Assembly (NCBI GenBank): GCA_963822445.1
Contig: CAWGHO010000002.1
Location: 224,001 to 288,000, forward strand
DNA length: 64,000 nucleotides
DNA from: an uncultured Acidobacteriota bacterium
GTDB lineage: Bacteria > Acidobacteriota > Thermoanaerobaculia > Gp7-AA8
Direction of reading: 5' to 3'
A program made the translations under genes and the position numbers. The notes under the pieces were generated by a model. The model did no database searches. It was not told the DNA's origin and was given only the letters and a program-made list of their open reading frames with translations. Shown here one piece after another: positions 13,482 through 24,787 of the stretch (position 1 is its first letter; each line of letters begins with the position of its first letter).

Positions 13482-14652
13482 AGTCCTCATCGACAACGAA
13501 CCGTTCCGCATTCAGGGCAAGCGCATCGGCCTGGTCACCAATCAGAGCGCGGTCACGAACGACCTTCATCACGCCGCGAAACTGCTCCAGGCAGGCCGCG
13601 GCTGGAAGCTCACCGCGCTCTTCGGACCCGAGCATGGCGTGTGGGGCGAGGCCCAGGACATGGCCCACGTCGACCACTCCACCGACCCACTCACCGGCCT
13701 CCCGGTCTATTCGCTCTACGGAAAGAGCGAGGCCGATCTGTCGCCGCGCCGCGAGGTCCTCAAGAACCTCGACGCGCTGGTGATCGATCTCCAGGACATC
13801 GGGTCGCGCTACTACACCTTCATCTACACGATGGCCCTCTGCATGCGCGAGGCGGCACCGCTCGGCCTGCAGGTCATCGTCCTGGACCGGCCGAATCCGA
13901 TCGACGGCGTCCACATCGAAGGAAACATCCGCGAGGACAAGTACTCCAGCTTCGTCGGCCTCTTTCCGCTGCCCACGCGGCACGGCATGACCGCGGGAGA
14001 GCTCGCCCACTGGTTCGCGCGCTATTTCAAAGAGGCGCACAAGCTCGAGTGCAACCTCGCGGTGGTGCCGATGAAGAACTGGCGGCGCTGGATGTGGTGG
14101 GGCGACACCGGCCTGCCCTGGGTCATCCCCTCGCCGAACATGCCCACCGTCTACACCGCCACGGTCTATCCGGGCATGTGTCTCGTCGAAGGCACGAACC
14201 TCAGCGAAGGCCGCGGGACCACGCATCCGTTCGAATTCTTCGGCGCGCCCTGGCTGGACTCGTTCAAGCTCGCCGACAGGCTCAATCATCTCGACCTGCC
14301 CGGCGTCCGCTTCCGCCCGCACTACTTCATCCCCATGTTTCACAAGCACCAGGGCAAGGTCTGCGGCGGCGTGGAGATGCACGTGACCAATCGCGGCACG
14401 TTCGAGCCGTACCGCACGGGCCTCTGGTGCGTGAAGGTCGCCCGGGACATGAATCCGGAGGAGTTCAAGTGGCGGACGGAGACGTACGAGTTCGTCTCGG
14501 ATCGCCTCGCGATCGATCTCCTCGCCGGCAGCGCGCGGTATCGCGAGCTCGTGGAAAGCGGCGGGGACATCGAGGAGTGGATGGCGGAGTGGCAGGATCC
14601 GCTGCGCGAGTTCGCGAGGGTGCGGGACGAGTTCCTTTTGTACCGGGAGTAG
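13459..14652 (+). CDS. namZ: Exo-beta-N-acetylmuramidase NamZ (DUF1343) family
   Basis: GLVTNQS, LFGPEHG, DLQDIGSRYYTF, LDRPNP, RHGMTAGE, PSPNMP, SEGRGT. Confidence 0.9.
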   Translation: MNVLPGLEVLIDNEPFRIQGKRIGLVTNQSAVTNDLHHAAKLLQAGRGWKLTALFGPEHGVWGEAQDMAHVDHSTDPLTGLPVYSLYGKSEADLSPRREVLKNLDALVIDLQDIGSRYYTFIYTMALCMREAAPLGLQVIVLDRPNPIDGVHIEGNIREDKYSSFVGLFPLPTRHGMTAGELAHWFARYFKEAHKLECNLAVVPMKNWRRWMWWGDTGLPWVIPSPNMPTVYTATVYPGMCLVEGTNLSEGRGTTHPFEFFGAPWLDSFKLADRLNHLDLPGVRFRPHYFIPMFHKHQGKVCGGVEMHVTNRGTFEPYRTGLWCVKVARDMNPEEFKWRTETYEFVSDRLAIDLLAGSARYRELVESGGDIEEWMAEWQDPLREFARVRDEFLLYRE

Positions 14653-14677
14653 TTCAGGGGTGCCTGATAATCCCGCG

Positions 14678-15052
14678 ATGCACTTCATCGCTGCGCTGCT
14701 TCTCGCGACCATTCAGGTCATCGCCCCGGTCTTCCGCGACGCCCCTCCGACGATGCCGAAAGGCACGAAGATCGCCGTCCTCGAAGGCGACATCCGTAAT
14801 CCCGGCATCTTCACCATCCGCCTGAAAGTGCCGGCCGGCGCGAAGCTCGCCACGCACACCCATCCGCGTCCCGAGCGCGTGACCGTGCTCTCCGGCAAAG
14901 TCCGCGTGACCATCGACGGAAAAACCACGACCTTCGAAAAAGGCGGCTTCTACGTCAACCCTCCCGACGTCCCCCACTCCGTCAGTTTCGCGAAGGACAG
15001 CGTCCTCCAGTTGACCTGCGAGGGGCCGTGGGAGGTAGTGTTCGCGAAGTGA
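14678..15052 (+). CDS. Secreted cupin-domain protein
   Basis: Hydrophobic N-terminus; HTHPRPERVTVLSG...PDVPH cupin motifs. Confidence 0.8.
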   Translation: MHFIAALLLATIQVIAPVFRDAPPTMPKGTKIAVLEGDIRNPGIFTIRLKVPAGAKLATHTHPRPERVTVLSGKVRVTIDGKTTTFEKGGFYVNPPDVPHSVSFAKDSVLQLTCEGPWEVVFAK

Positions 15053-15059
15053 GTCTGCG

Positions 15060-18000
15060 TCAACGAATGTGCCGGCGGATCAGGCGCTGCAGCACTTTCG
15101 GGAACTGCTTCAAATCTCCCTGGGTCAGCTGGCTGATGATGTGCGCACCGAGCTCGCGGTAACTCTCGAACTGCGTCTCGCTGAAGAACTGGTCGACTGT
15201 CGATTCCTGCGGGAACGGTTTCCCTTCCCGCGAGTAGTTCACGACGTCGATCGGACAGTCGGGATAGACGCGCGGCTTGATGTAGATCAGCCAGCCGTTC
15301 TTCAGAAAGTGGCCGGGTGATGCGGCGGCCTTGTAGCGGATCTCTCCGATCGCGCAATACCCGGACTGCTGTTCGGTGGAGCCGATCGAGAACGTGGTGA
15401 ACTCGATGGGGATGCCGAGGTCGATCCGGATCTTGCGCACGGCGTTGGCCAGCTCGCCGAACTCGTATTCGGGATCGGCGGCGGCATCGCTGACGATGAT
15501 CAGCCGGCAGCGGCGCCGGACCATTTCGTACAACCCGAGGTTTTCGAAATGACCGCCGTCGGAGAGGAAGACGTACTTGCTCTCGTCATTGGTGTTGCCG
15601 GTGGCCTCGCTGACCAGAGGCCCCAGCGCGAACCGCGGTCCGGCGAAGCGATACGAGCTCTTGGAGGGATTCCCCAGCCACCATCCGAGTCGCGCATTGA
15701 AGAGCGTGAGAAGGGCGGTGACCGTCGACGACGAGTTGTAGCCCATGTTCGAGCTGACCGCGGCGCCGGAGACGGCCATCGCCGTGCCGAGGGAGATGCC
15801 GCGCGGGCCGCCGTACTCGGCCGAGTCCCGATAGCCGAGACGCTCCACGGCTGCTCCGGTATGCAGCGGCGAGACGGTGAACGACTCCGCCTTCCGGTCC
15901 TGCCAGGCCAGGTTGTCTCCGCGGACGAGATTCAACGCGATGTTGATGACATGCAGTGGAGTCGACCTCGATCGCTTGCGAACGAAGGCGGGGTACTGAT
16001 CCTCGAGATACTGCCGGTTCCGTCGCAACGTCTCGATGGTGGCCGGGGCGGCGCGGCCGGTGGCGAGATCGGTGCCGCGCATCATCTGGTTCAGCGACCC
16101 GAAAACCACGGTCGTGATCTCGTTCCGCATCTTGTCCCGCTCGCCGCGGTCACTCAACTCGAGAAATTCCGCGATGCGCTTCCGAACGCGCTTGGGTAGT
16201 TTGTCGTGCACGATCCGGCCGTTCTTCTGAATCTCCATGAGAAATCCGTCGAGGTCATGGAAGCTGGTCGACCAGAGGAACTCCGGCCGCAGCTGGGCCA
16301 TGAGCAGGTCGTCCTGCGGATCGAAGCCGGTGAACGGGTCGGGGCGACGGAACCAGCGCGATGCGCCGAGATACGCGCGAATCAGCCGATTCCTGTACAT
16401 GCCGTGCATGGAGTACGTGTTGACGTCGAACAGAAGAGCCCCGATCGCGGCGACGGCGAGGATTGCGACGAACACCAGAACGAGCATCACCCATTCACCG
16501 CTGCGCAGCGTGGCCAGGTGCCGTTTCGTGGAGACATTGGGTTCGAGCAGCTTCGCGGTTTTCGACGGAGATGGTTTGACCGGCGTGAGGGTATATCCCG
16601 GTGGAACGACCCACAGTTCGGCCTCCGCCGCTCGCTCAGTGGTCTTCGGGGCCGGTTTCGGGGCGAGGCCGGTAAGCACTTTCGAAACGCCCAGCGAAAG
16701 ACCGGAGATGATCACCACCAGCGCCAACACGGCGGCGGCGCTCAGCAGGCGGGCTTTCCACTCGGCCTGCTTCTCCTTGGCCTTCGTCTTGTCACCGTGG
16801 CCGCGCACCAGGGCAACCAGTCCGGAGACGCCGCCGACCGCGGAGATGATCGCCGGCGCCTTGGTCAGCAGCGCCGGGCCGACGATGGCCAGCACGCCGA
16901 GCAGCAGCCAGAAGACGCCGGCCAGCAGCGTGATCGCCGCCGCGCGGGCCCACCACTCGCGCTCCAACTCCCCCGAAACGAGCGTGACGATGCCGACGAG
17001 AAGAGTGGACTCGACGAACAGCACGAGCAGGAACAGCGGCATCGCGCTGATCGTGTAGATCTCCGGCGCCTCGATGAGTCGCACCCCGAGGGCTTTGTGG
17101 ATCTCAGCAGGCGGCATCAGGCGGGCGCCGAGGTAGACCAGGCCGGCACCCGCGAGCGCAGCCGCGGCCGCGGCGAAAATCTCCAGCGCGATTTTCGGGA
17201 CGCCGACCCTGTTGACGAACGATTTCGCGATCCAGCCGAACGATCGGTGGCGATCAAGTGCGTTCAGCTCCTCGTGATCCGAATGCTTGAGCTGCTGGTA
17301 GTAGCGGCCCAGGTAAATCGCCGAGGCCAGGAGATTCGCGACGCCGAACAGCGTGAGCGAGCGCCGGAAAACGTCGATTGGAGGGATGTCGCTGACGCGG
17401 CCCCTGATGGCCCAGGCGGTGGTCAGAAACAGCGCTGAGATAGCGACTAGCCCCACGAACCAGAAGATCTTCTTCCGGCGCCGCCGGATGTCGCGGATCG
17501 TGTCCATCTTGCCGGGAACGTATTCCCCCGCCGGCCGGATGACCGCGAGGGCAGCCATGGCCAGGATCAGGGCGATCCACCCAATCCAGAGGTGAGCCAG
17601 GTGCTCCTCGCCGTAGAGAATCCAGGTCTCGTAAAGCCGCGGCACGATCAGCAACACGATCACCGGCGGCAAGAGCATGGTCCAGTTCAGGAGCAGGTTC
17701 CGCGCGTAGGTTGCGAAGATCGACCAGAGATCGGGACCGAACAGCGTCGGCCGGGGCGCGAGGTAGTTGCTGTACTCGCGGAGATGCCCGACCGGACCCG
17801 GCTCCGGATCGAGCGGATCGACGCTGACCGCGGCCATGTCGCGGTTGACGCCGTCCATTCCGTCGACGTGCCGCCGGATCCACGACGATAGCCAGGACCC
17901 GATGTAACCGCCGCCGGAAACGGTCGAGAGATAGTCGATTTTCGGCAGTAGATTGCGGCGCGCCAGCCCCTGCAACACGCCGAGGTTGAACGTCGCGCTG

Positions 18001-18872
18001 CGAATGCCACCACCCGAGAAACAGAGCGCGACCAGCCCCTCGGCATTGAACCGTTCCAGCATCGCGCTTTCATCGCGATGGTCGTGGAGGTGTGCGTCGA
18101 ATGCCGTTTCGAGCAGCAACGCGTTCGCGCGAAACTCCGCGCCTGCCGGGAGGGTTGACTGCACTGGATGACCAGGTTCGCCAGCGTCGACGAGTTGCTG
18201 CAGCACCTTCGCCGGATCGCAGGGAACGCCGCACGAAACCTTCCGCAGCTGCGTTCTTTTCTTCGACGAATCGAGCAGAGCCTCGCGCAGCGCGGGGCTG
18301 TCGATGATCGCGCCGAGGAGCTCGCGCTTCTCGCGGACTGCGTCGCGCACGGCGGAATACCCGAGCAGCTCCTTGATCGCATCGCCGTCGTCAAACGCGT
18401 CCGCCAACCGATCGCGATCGTCCAGCAGCTCGTCGCGCCGGAGGTCATCCGCGAGGTACTGCGCGCGCAGCGTAGGACTGGTGAGGATCAGATTCCGGAT
18501 TCGCGGTGAGCCGTTGACCTTCCGCTGAAAATCCGGATAGCGCAGGAGCTTCTGGCAAAGCTCCGGATCCTCGACGAGCTGCGTCAGGGCTTCGGCCAGA
18601 CGCTCCGCGGCTTCCGTACCGGTGGTCAGGTGATAGTCGTCGCTCTTGAGGAGTGACGCGAGAAGCTCGTAGCGATCGGGCAGGGTGTTCGTGCCCCTGC
18701 AGCGTGCCGAGCGTTCGATCTTCGCCAGAAACGTGATCGGCTCGTAAATGTCTGCCGGCCGGAAGTCCCACTCCGCGGCAGTCCAGCTCTCACCGGACCC
18801 GCGATCTCCGGATCGGACCCACTGCAACTCGTCGCGGAGGACGTCCGCGAGCGCGAGCGCTCGTCTGGCCAT
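15060..18872 (-). CDS. Membrane patatin/cPLA2-like phospholipase
   Basis: SGGGIRSA, LSTVSGGGY and LSDGGHFENLG catalytic motifs; central multi-TM region. Confidence 0.85.
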   Translation of the reverse strand: MARRALALADVLRDELQWVRSGDRGSGESWTAAEWDFRPADIYEPITFLAKIERSARCRGTNTLPDRYELLASLLKSDDYHLTTGTEAAERLAEALTQLVEDPELCQKLLRYPDFQRKVNGSPRIRNLILTSPTLRAQYLADDLRRDELLDDRDRLADAFDDGDAIKELLGYSAVRDAVREKRELLGAIIDSPALREALLDSSKKRTQLRKVSCGVPCDPAKVLQQLVDAGEPGHPVQSTLPAGAEFRANALLLETAFDAHLHDHRDESAMLERFNAEGLVALCFSGGGIRSATFNLGVLQGLARRNLLPKIDYLSTVSGGGYIGSWLSSWIRRHVDGMDGVNRDMAAVSVDPLDPEPGPVGHLREYSNYLAPRPTLFGPDLWSIFATYARNLLLNWTMLLPPVIVLLIVPRLYETWILYGEEHLAHLWIGWIALILAMAALAVIRPAGEYVPGKMDTIRDIRRRRKKIFWFVGLVAISALFLTTAWAIRGRVSDIPPIDVFRRSLTLFGVANLLASAIYLGRYYQQLKHSDHEELNALDRHRSFGWIAKSFVNRVGVPKIALEIFAAAAAALAGAGLVYLGARLMPPAEIHKALGVRLIEAPEIYTISAMPLFLLVLFVESTLLVGIVTLVSGELEREWWARAAAITLLAGVFWLLLGVLAIVGPALLTKAPAIISAVGGVSGLVALVRGHGDKTKAKEKQAEWKARLLSAAAVLALVVIISGLSLGVSKVLTGLAPKPAPKTTERAAEAELWVVPPGYTLTPVKPSPSKTAKLLEPNVSTKRHLATLRSGEWVMLVLVFVAILAVAAIGALLFDVNTYSMHGMYRNRLIRAYLGASRWFRRPDPFTGFDPQDDLLMAQLRPEFLWSTSFHDLDGFLMEIQKNGRIVHDKLPKRVRKRIAEFLELSDRGERDKMRNEITTVVFGSLNQMMRGTDLATGRAAPATIETLRRNRQYLEDQYPAFVRKRSRSTPLHVINIALNLVRGDNLAWQDRKAESFTVSPLHTGAAVERLGYRDSAEYGGPRGISLGTAMAVSGAAVSSNMGYNSSSTVTALLTLFNARLGWWLGNPSKSSYRFAGPRFALGPLVSEATGNTNDESKYVFLSDGGHFENLGLYEMVRRRCRLIIVSDAAADPEYEFGELANAVRKIRIDLGIPIEFTTFSIGSTEQQSGYCAIGEIRYKAAASPGHFLKNGWLIYIKPRVYPDCPIDVVNYSREGKPFPQESTVDQFFSETQFESYRELGAHIISQLTQGDLKQFPKVLQRLIRRHIR

Positions 18873-18910
18873 ATAGTTTGTTGGAGGGAACCCGAAACAA
18901 TCTTACCTCC

Positions 18911-19606
18911 ATGCGGCTGGACATCCTTCATGAAGATGACGCCCTCCTCTTCATCAACAAACCCGCCGGCCTGGTCGTGCAGCAGCGGATGTTCGAGCCG
19001 GACGAGCCGTTTCTGCATGAGCTCGTTCAGCGCTACACCTCGCCAGCGTTTCTGATGCAGCGGCTGGATCGCGGGACGAGCGGAGTCATCTTTTTCTCCA
19101 AGCTCTCCGACATGAACGTCCGCCTGACCCGGCAGTTCGAGCGCAAGCGCATCCGCAAGACCTACCTGGCGCTGTGCGATGGCGAGCTCGGCGAGAAACA
19201 GACCGTGGACGCGCCCATTGCTCGCATCGGGGCGATCAAGTTCGGCGTCCGCGAAGAAGGCAAGCGCGCCGTGACGCACGTAGAGCCTCTTGCGTATTCA
19301 AAGGAAGGATCGCTGCTCGAAATCGTGCTCGAGACCGGCCGGACCCATCAGATTCGGGTCCATCTGGCGGCCATAGGTCATCCCTTGGCAGGCGACTGGC
19401 TCTATGGAGAGAAGAATGAAGCGAGGCCGATGCTGCATGCGGCCGAGCTTGAAATGATGCATCCCTTGACAGGAAAGCCACTTCGCGTCGCGGCGCCCGT
19501 TCCGGAAGACTTCCGGGAGGCGGCGGGGCGGCGCGGAATCCGTCACTTCGAGAGGACGGACCGACCTGCTTCGGATGCAGCTAACTCATTGACGGAGCTA
19601 GAATAA
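18911..19606 (+). CDS. RluA-family pseudouridine synthase
   Basis: INKPAG, QRLDRGTSG, ETGRTHQIRVH, GHPLAGDWLYG, LHA. Confidence 0.93.
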   Translation: MRLDILHEDDALLFINKPAGLVVQQRMFEPDEPFLHELVQRYTSPAFLMQRLDRGTSGVIFFSKLSDMNVRLTRQFERKRIRKTYLALCDGELGEKQTVDAPIARIGAIKFGVREEGKRAVTHVEPLAYSKEGSLLEIVLETGRTHQIRVHLAAIGHPLAGDWLYGEKNEARPMLHAAELEMMHPLTGKPLRVAAPVPEDFREAAGRRGIRHFERTDRPASDAANSLTELE

Positions 19607-19652
19607 ACACGATATGTGGGCCGTTTCGATAGGCATCACGGAGACAAATAAA

Positions 19653-20072
19653 ATGAAAGTCTGGACGAAGATCGCTTTTGTATTGCTGTTCGTACCGGTG
19701 GTCGCCTCGGCACAGTTCCGCGACCTCGATGCGGCCATGTCGAACCTCGAGCGGGGTTTCGGCAGCGGTGACGTCGACGCGATCGTGTCCGGCATCAGCA
19801 GCGCCGAAAAGGTCATGTTGCAGTTCCCCGGTCTGTCCGACCAGAGCGGCTTCTTCGGCCGCGATCAGGCGGCGTACCTCCTGGACGGCCTGTTCAACAA
19901 GGTCAAGCCAAGCGGCTTCGAGCGCGTGAGCGCCCGTGGCGTCCGCGCGGAGGGGCAGTACCACATCACTGCAAAATGGAACATTGCCGACGGTCCGCGT
20001 GACCTGTACATCACTCTGAAGCAGACTGATGGCAAATGGTCGGTCGTGTCGGTCCGCTCCGCCGGGAACTAA
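19653..20072 (+). CDS. Secreted NTF2-like protein (DUF4783-like)
   Basis: Signal peptide; GFGSGDVDAI...GRDQAAYLLDGLF pattern. Confidence 0.6.
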   Translation: MKVWTKIAFVLLFVPVVASAQFRDLDAAMSNLERGFGSGDVDAIVSGISSAEKVMLQFPGLSDQSGFFGRDQAAYLLDGLFNKVKPSGFERVSARGVRAEGQYHITAKWNIADGPRDLYITLKQTDGKWSVVSVRSAGN

Positions 20073-20085
20073 CGGAGCCTAACGT

Positions 20086-23000
20086 TTGAAGAAGTCTCGC
20101 GCCGCGGCGTCCATCGTCGCGGCGCTTTTTGTTTTTCTGGCGGCCGCCGCCTGGGGCATTTCGTCCTGGCGCGAGCGTTCGATCGCGACCTCCTTCGGCG
20201 CGCGCTCCAACGAACATCTCAACCACGACATCGCCCGCGTCCGCGCGCGGCTCGGGGCGCTCGAAGGAGAGTTGGACCGCGCCGCGGCACGCATCGCTAC
20301 GCGCATGGCCGCTCGCGCGACCAATCGCGCGGAGCTCTTCCGCATCCTCGACGCCGAAGTCAACGAAGCGGGCCGCGGTGCGCGCGTGCTCGATGCGGCC
20401 GGACAGCCGATCGCCTGGTGGGGCGAGGACTACCGCGCCCACGGCGATCGCACGTATCAATTCGACGTCACCAATCTCTACGTCACCCGCAAGCGCAAAT
20501 CGGGCAACGCGACGATTCAGGTTTTCGAGCGCATCCCCAACGTCCCCGAGCGCACCACAGCCTTCCATCCGCCCGATCCCTGGCTGGTCTCGCTCTGGTT
20601 CCACGGCGGATTCCCGCGGCAGGAAAAGGGCACGCGCCGCTACGAGGTCGCCAGGCGCGACGACGCGAAGCTGTTCGTCGATGCCTATCCGCGTTCACGC
20701 GAAGAAGTCCTTACCGCGACGCGCGCCCAGGGGATCAGCGCGGTCGCGGCGATCCTCGCCGCCGGCGCGCTGATCGTCATCGCCGTCCGCCGCACGCGCC
20801 CGGTCGCGATCATCGCCATCCTGATCGCCCGGGCCGCGCTGCTCTTCGTCACCATTCCCGTCGATCGCCTGCGCATCTTCGGATTCGAGACCTACGCCTC
20901 GAAGATCCTCGGCCCGCTCAGCAAATCACCCGCGGATCTGCTGCTCACCGCGATCGCGCTCGTCGCGATCCTCATTCTTCTGCGTCCGTTCCTGGCGAGG
21001 CTGCAGTGGTATGTCCGCGGTCCGCTCACCGTGCTCGCCGCGTGGGGCTACGTGCTGCTGGCGAAGAACTTCGTCGCCAACTCGCGCGTCTCCGCGCTTC
21101 CCGATCACATTGTTCCGGCGACGACCGCGCAGGGCGTGCTGTTCGCGGCGCTGCTGTTCTTCGCCTTCGCCGTCGCGCTGCTCTGGAGCAAAACTCCGCG
21201 CATGGCCACGCCGCTGCGCGTGGCCGCTATCGCGATCGTCGTGGCCGCGCTGATGTACGTCCCGCTGCACATCTTCGGCCGCGCCAGCGCGCGCCGCTTC
21301 GTCGCCGAAACGTACGCGCCGCTGGTAGCCGGTGAAGCCGGACAGCTGCGGACGATGATCGGCGCCACCCTCGCCGCCGAGTTCTCCCGCATCGACCTCG
21401 GCACGCTCCTGCCCGACGACTACCGCAACACGAACATGGAGGATCTCGCGTACGCGCTCTGGCTGCGCTCCGATCTCTCGAACTGGCGCGTTCCGGCGGT
21501 GATCACGGTGATGAACGAGTTCACCCGCGCGCCGATCAGCCGCTTCGGCGTCGGGCTGCCGCAGTTCGACGACACGGCCCAGACCGAGGATGACGAGATT
21601 CTGCAGGTGGGCAGCATCAGGCGGGTGCTGCTGCATCACGAGTTCGACGTGACCGTGTACGGCACGACCATCGGCCTCGGCAACGTGCACGTGGTCAATC
21701 CCGCCGATCCCGGATCGAGCGCGTTCGCCGACGTGTATCGCGAGTTCTTCGACGACACCAGCGAGGACCTGAGTGGCAGCAGCCCGCAGCGAGAACCGGC
21801 CGTTTACGGCAAAGACGGCACGCCGCTCGGCGCCGTGACCTATCGCCTGCCACAGAACGCCTCGCGCTATTTCGCGCAGCTAAAGGCCGGCGACGGACGC
21901 TGGGTGCGCTCGCCGGAGCCCGATGCAACCGAGCTCTATCTCCACCGCAGCGAGAACGCGCTGTATGTCTTTCCGCTGCAACTGGCGACTGTCGGGCAGC
22001 AGATCCGCCGCGCGGGCGGCGTCGCGATCTGGGCGCTGATCGCGTTGCTCATCGTGCTCGTCTGGCGCTCACTCCCTGGTGTGGTGCAGGCCTCCGGCCT
22101 GCCTTCAGGAGGGCGGAAAGGTAGGCCGGAGGCCCACACTACACGGCTCGACTTCCGAACCAAGACCTCGCTCTACCTGACCGCGGTCGTCATCCTGCCG
22201 CTGATCGTGTTCGTGCTCTTCGTCCGCGCGTATCTCGCGAACCGTCTCGAGTCCGAATATGTCGCCCGCGGCCAGACCGCGCTCAACGCCGCGCAGCGCG
22301 TGATCGAGGACTACATCGGCTCGCAATCCGCCGAGCCGGAGCAGGTCCTCGATGACGAGATCTTCAGCTGGCTCGCGCGCGTCATCGGTCACGATCTGCA
22401 TCTGTATCGCGGCGAGCAGCTGATGGCCTCCAGCCGCCGCGATCTCTTCGCCGCGCACATCGAATCGGAGCGCCTGCCCGGCGAGGTCTACCTCAACATC
22501 ATCCTCGGCGAGCGCCAGCTCTTCCGCGCGAACCGCGCCGCCGGCCCGACGCGTTACGTCGAGATCTACAGCCCCATCAACCTCCGCACCGGCCGCAGCT
22601 ACACCCTCGCGCTGCCGTTCATCGTGCAAGGTCGGCAGATCGAGACGCAGGTCAACGATCTCGCGACCACGATCTACATGCTCCTCGTCTTCATCGCCCT
22701 CGGCGCGATCGCGGTTGCGTTCCGCGTTGCCGGCGGGGTCACGCGGCCCGTGCAGAGTCTCGTCGCCGGTGCACGCGCCATCGCCCGCGGAGACTTCGAA
22801 TATCGCGTCGCCGCACCGGCCGACCCCGACCTCGGCCTGCTCGTCACCACCTTCCGGGACATGTCCCATTCCATCCGCCAGCAACAGGAAGACCTGCGGC
22901 ATGAACGCGATCGCCTGCAGGCGCTGCTCGAGAACATCAACGCCGCGGTCGTGGTGCTCGACGGCGCGATGCGAGCCGGCGAGATGAACGCGCTGGCCCG

Positions 23001-23868
23001 CCGTCTTTTCGGCGAGCACTTCCCGACCTTCCCCGGCGTCCGCGAGTTCCTCTCCAATCATGTCGCCCGGCGCACGGAATCGAAGGAGATCGACGTCACC
23101 ATCGACGACAACGAGCGCACGTTCCGCGTCTCCATCGTTCCCCTGCCGGACAGCGATGAGGAGATGCTGATCGCCGAGGATGTGACGGAGATTCTTCGGT
23201 CGAACAGACTCGAGGCCTGGGGCGAGATGGCCCGGCAGGTCGCCCACGAGATCAAGAATCCGCTGACGCCCATTCAGCTCACGGCCGAACATCTGCGCGC
23301 GGTCTCGGATCGCAACGATCCCAATCTGCCGCAGGTCGTGCGCAGCGCCGTCGAGAACATCCTCCGGCAGGTCGTCACGCTGCGCGAAACCTCGAAAGAG
23401 TTCAGCGATTACGCGTCCCTGCGGCAGGTCCAGCGCAAGCCGGTCGACCTGCAGAAGCTGCTGCGCGACATCGCCTCCGGCTACGCCCAGAGCCGCGAAC
23501 GCGGCATCGAGTTCAAGGCCGAGATCGAGCCGTCGACGCCGCTGCAGTTCCAGGGAGACGAGCGCCTGCTGCGCGGCGCGGTCGCGAATCTGATCGAAAA
23601 CGCGTTCCAGGCCGCGCCGACCGGCGAGGTCCGTCTCGGCAGCCATTGCGTCGATTCGAAGGTCGTCATTACTGTCGAAGACAGCGGGCCGGGAGTTCCG
23701 AACGAAGTGCTGTCGAAGATCTTCGATCCTTATTTCTCGACAAAATCGACCGGCACCGGACTCGGCCTTGCCATTGCACGGAAGGCCGTCGAAGAACATG
23801 GCGGAGCTATCCGAGCGGAGAATGTGAACCCCGGTTTGCGCGTTGTGATCGAGCTGCCAATTCGCTGA
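20086..23868 (+). CDS. Large membrane NtrY-like sensor histidine kinase (HAMP, PAS-like, HisKA, HATPase)
   Basis: [23 protein letters not shown]-box, [25 protein letters not shown]. Confidence 0.92.
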   Translation: MKKSRAAASIVAALFVFLAAAAWGISSWRERSIATSFGARSNEHLNHDIARVRARLGALEGELDRAAARIATRMAARATNRAELFRILDAEVNEAGRGARVLDAAGQPIAWWGEDYRAHGDRTYQFDVTNLYVTRKRKSGNATIQVFERIPNVPERTTAFHPPDPWLVSLWFHGGFPRQEKGTRRYEVARRDDAKLFVDAYPRSREEVLTATRAQGISAVAAILAAGALIVIAVRRTRPVAIIAILIARAALLFVTIPVDRLRIFGFETYASKILGPLSKSPADLLLTAIALVAILILLRPFLARLQWYVRGPLTVLAAWGYVLLAKNFVANSRVSALPDHIVPATTAQGVLFAALLFFAFAVALLWSKTPRMATPLRVAAIAIVVAALMYVPLHIFGRASARRFVAETYAPLVAGEAGQLRTMIGATLAAEFSRIDLGTLLPDDYRNTNMEDLAYALWLRSDLSNWRVPAVITVMNEFTRAPISRFGVGLPQFDDTAQTEDDEILQVGSIRRVLLHHEFDVTVYGTTIGLGNVHVVNPADPGSSAFADVYREFFDDTSEDLSGSSPQREPAVYGKDGTPLGAVTYRLPQNASRYFAQLKAGDGRWVRSPEPDATELYLHRSENALYVFPLQLATVGQQIRRAGGVAIWALIALLIVLVWRSLPGVVQASGLPSGGRKGRPEAHTTRLDFRTKTSLYLTAVVILPLIVFVLFVRAYLANRLESEYVARGQTALNAAQRVIEDYIGSQSAEPEQVLDDEIFSWLARVIGHDLHLYRGEQLMASSRRDLFAAHIESERLPGEVYLNIILGERQLFRANRAAGPTRYVEIYSPINLRTGRSYTLALPFIVQGRQIETQVNDLATTIYMLLVFIALGAIAVAFRVAGGVTRPVQSLVAGARAIARGDFEYRVAAPADPDLGLLVTTFRDMSHSIRQQQEDLRHERDRLQALLENINAAVVVLDGAMRAGEMNALARRLFGEHFPTFPGVREFLSNHVARRTESKEIDVTIDDNERTFRVSIVPLPDSDEEMLIAEDVTEILRSNRLEAWGEMARQVAHEIKNPLTPIQLTAEHLRAVSDRNDPNLPQVVRSAVENILRQVVTLRETSKEFSDYASLRQVQRKPVDLQKLLRDIASGYAQSRERGIEFKAEIEPSTPLQFQGDERLLRGAVANLIENAFQAAPTGEVRLGSHCVDSKVVITVEDSGPGVPNEVLSKIFDPYFSTKSTGTGLGLAIARKAVEEHGGAIRAENVNPGLRVVIELPIR
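22079..22144. repeat. REP-like palindrome family A, copy 1 (in frame inside the histidine kinase)
   Basis: GTGTGGTGCAGGCCTCCGGCCTGCC...GGTAGGCCGGAGGCCCACACTACAC; matches 46073-46141 and 50518-50579. Confidence 0.9.
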
Positions 23869-23871
23869 AAC

Positions 23872-24780
23872 ATGAGAAAAGTCATCATCGTCCTGTCGCT
23901 TTTTGCCCTCGCGCTCGGCTCGCCCGTCGCGGTGACGAACGGTGCCGTGGAAGAGACGAAAACCACGCTGCGGCAGCACGTCCTCAAGCTCATCAATGCC
24001 GACCGGGCGCTGTACAACCTGCCCCCGGTCGAGCTCGACGTCGAGGCCTCGACCATCGGCGACGAGTACTGCCGCACGCAGATCCGCAATCGCACCACGG
24101 GGCACTTCACTCTCGACGGGATGCCGCCGTACATGCGCTACTCGCTGGCCGGCGGGAACCACGGCGTGAGCGAAAACGCCGCGGCCTGGTCGGCGAACTA
24201 CAGATTCAGCGATCGCGCCCTGTACGAAATGGCCCGGCGTTCTCAGGACGCGATGATGGCCGAGGCGCCGCCGCATGATGGGCACAAGCGGACGATTCTC
24301 GATCCGCATGCGACGCACGTCGGGATCGGGCTGGCGTGGGACCGCGGCGAGTTCCGTCTCGTCCACGAATTCGTCCGCCGCTACGTCGACTGGACCCGTC
24401 CGCTGCCGCGCGAAGCATCGACCAACGAACGGGTCACCGGCTCGGGCCGCGTTCTTTCCGGCACGCGCATCGAGGCCGTGACGGTCCATCACGAAAACAC
24501 GCCCGAGACCATGCCGGCCCACGTGGCCAGCGCTATCGATTCGTACTCGTTGCCCGACAAGCGCCGCGAATACCATCCTGGCCGCCGCGGCGACGTGAAG
24601 CTCGGACAGGACGGACGGTTCACGTTCAGCGTGCCGTTCACCGAAGGGCCGGGGATTTACACGGTGGTGGTGTGGGTGAGCAAGGACGGCGTCAAGCAGC
24701 CCATCGCGGCGAGCAACGTCTCCATCCGAGTGGAAGGCGCATTGCAGACGTACACGCGCGCCAGCACCGCTGGCCGCTGA
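23872..24780 (+). CDS. Secreted CAP/SCP-domain protein
   Basis: LKLINADR, SENAA, GHKRTILDPHATHVGIG. Confidence 0.85.
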   Translation: MRKVIIVLSLFALALGSPVAVTNGAVEETKTTLRQHVLKLINADRALYNLPPVELDVEASTIGDEYCRTQIRNRTTGHFTLDGMPPYMRYSLAGGNHGVSENAAAWSANYRFSDRALYEMARRSQDAMMAEAPPHDGHKRTILDPHATHVGIGLAWDRGEFRLVHEFVRRYVDWTRPLPREASTNERVTGSGRVLSGTRIEAVTVHHENTPETMPAHVASAIDSYSLPDKRREYHPGRRGDVKLGQDGRFTFSVPFTEGPGIYTVVVWVSKDGVKQPIAASNVSIRVEGALQTYTRASTAGR

Positions 24781-24787
24781 CGAAGCA

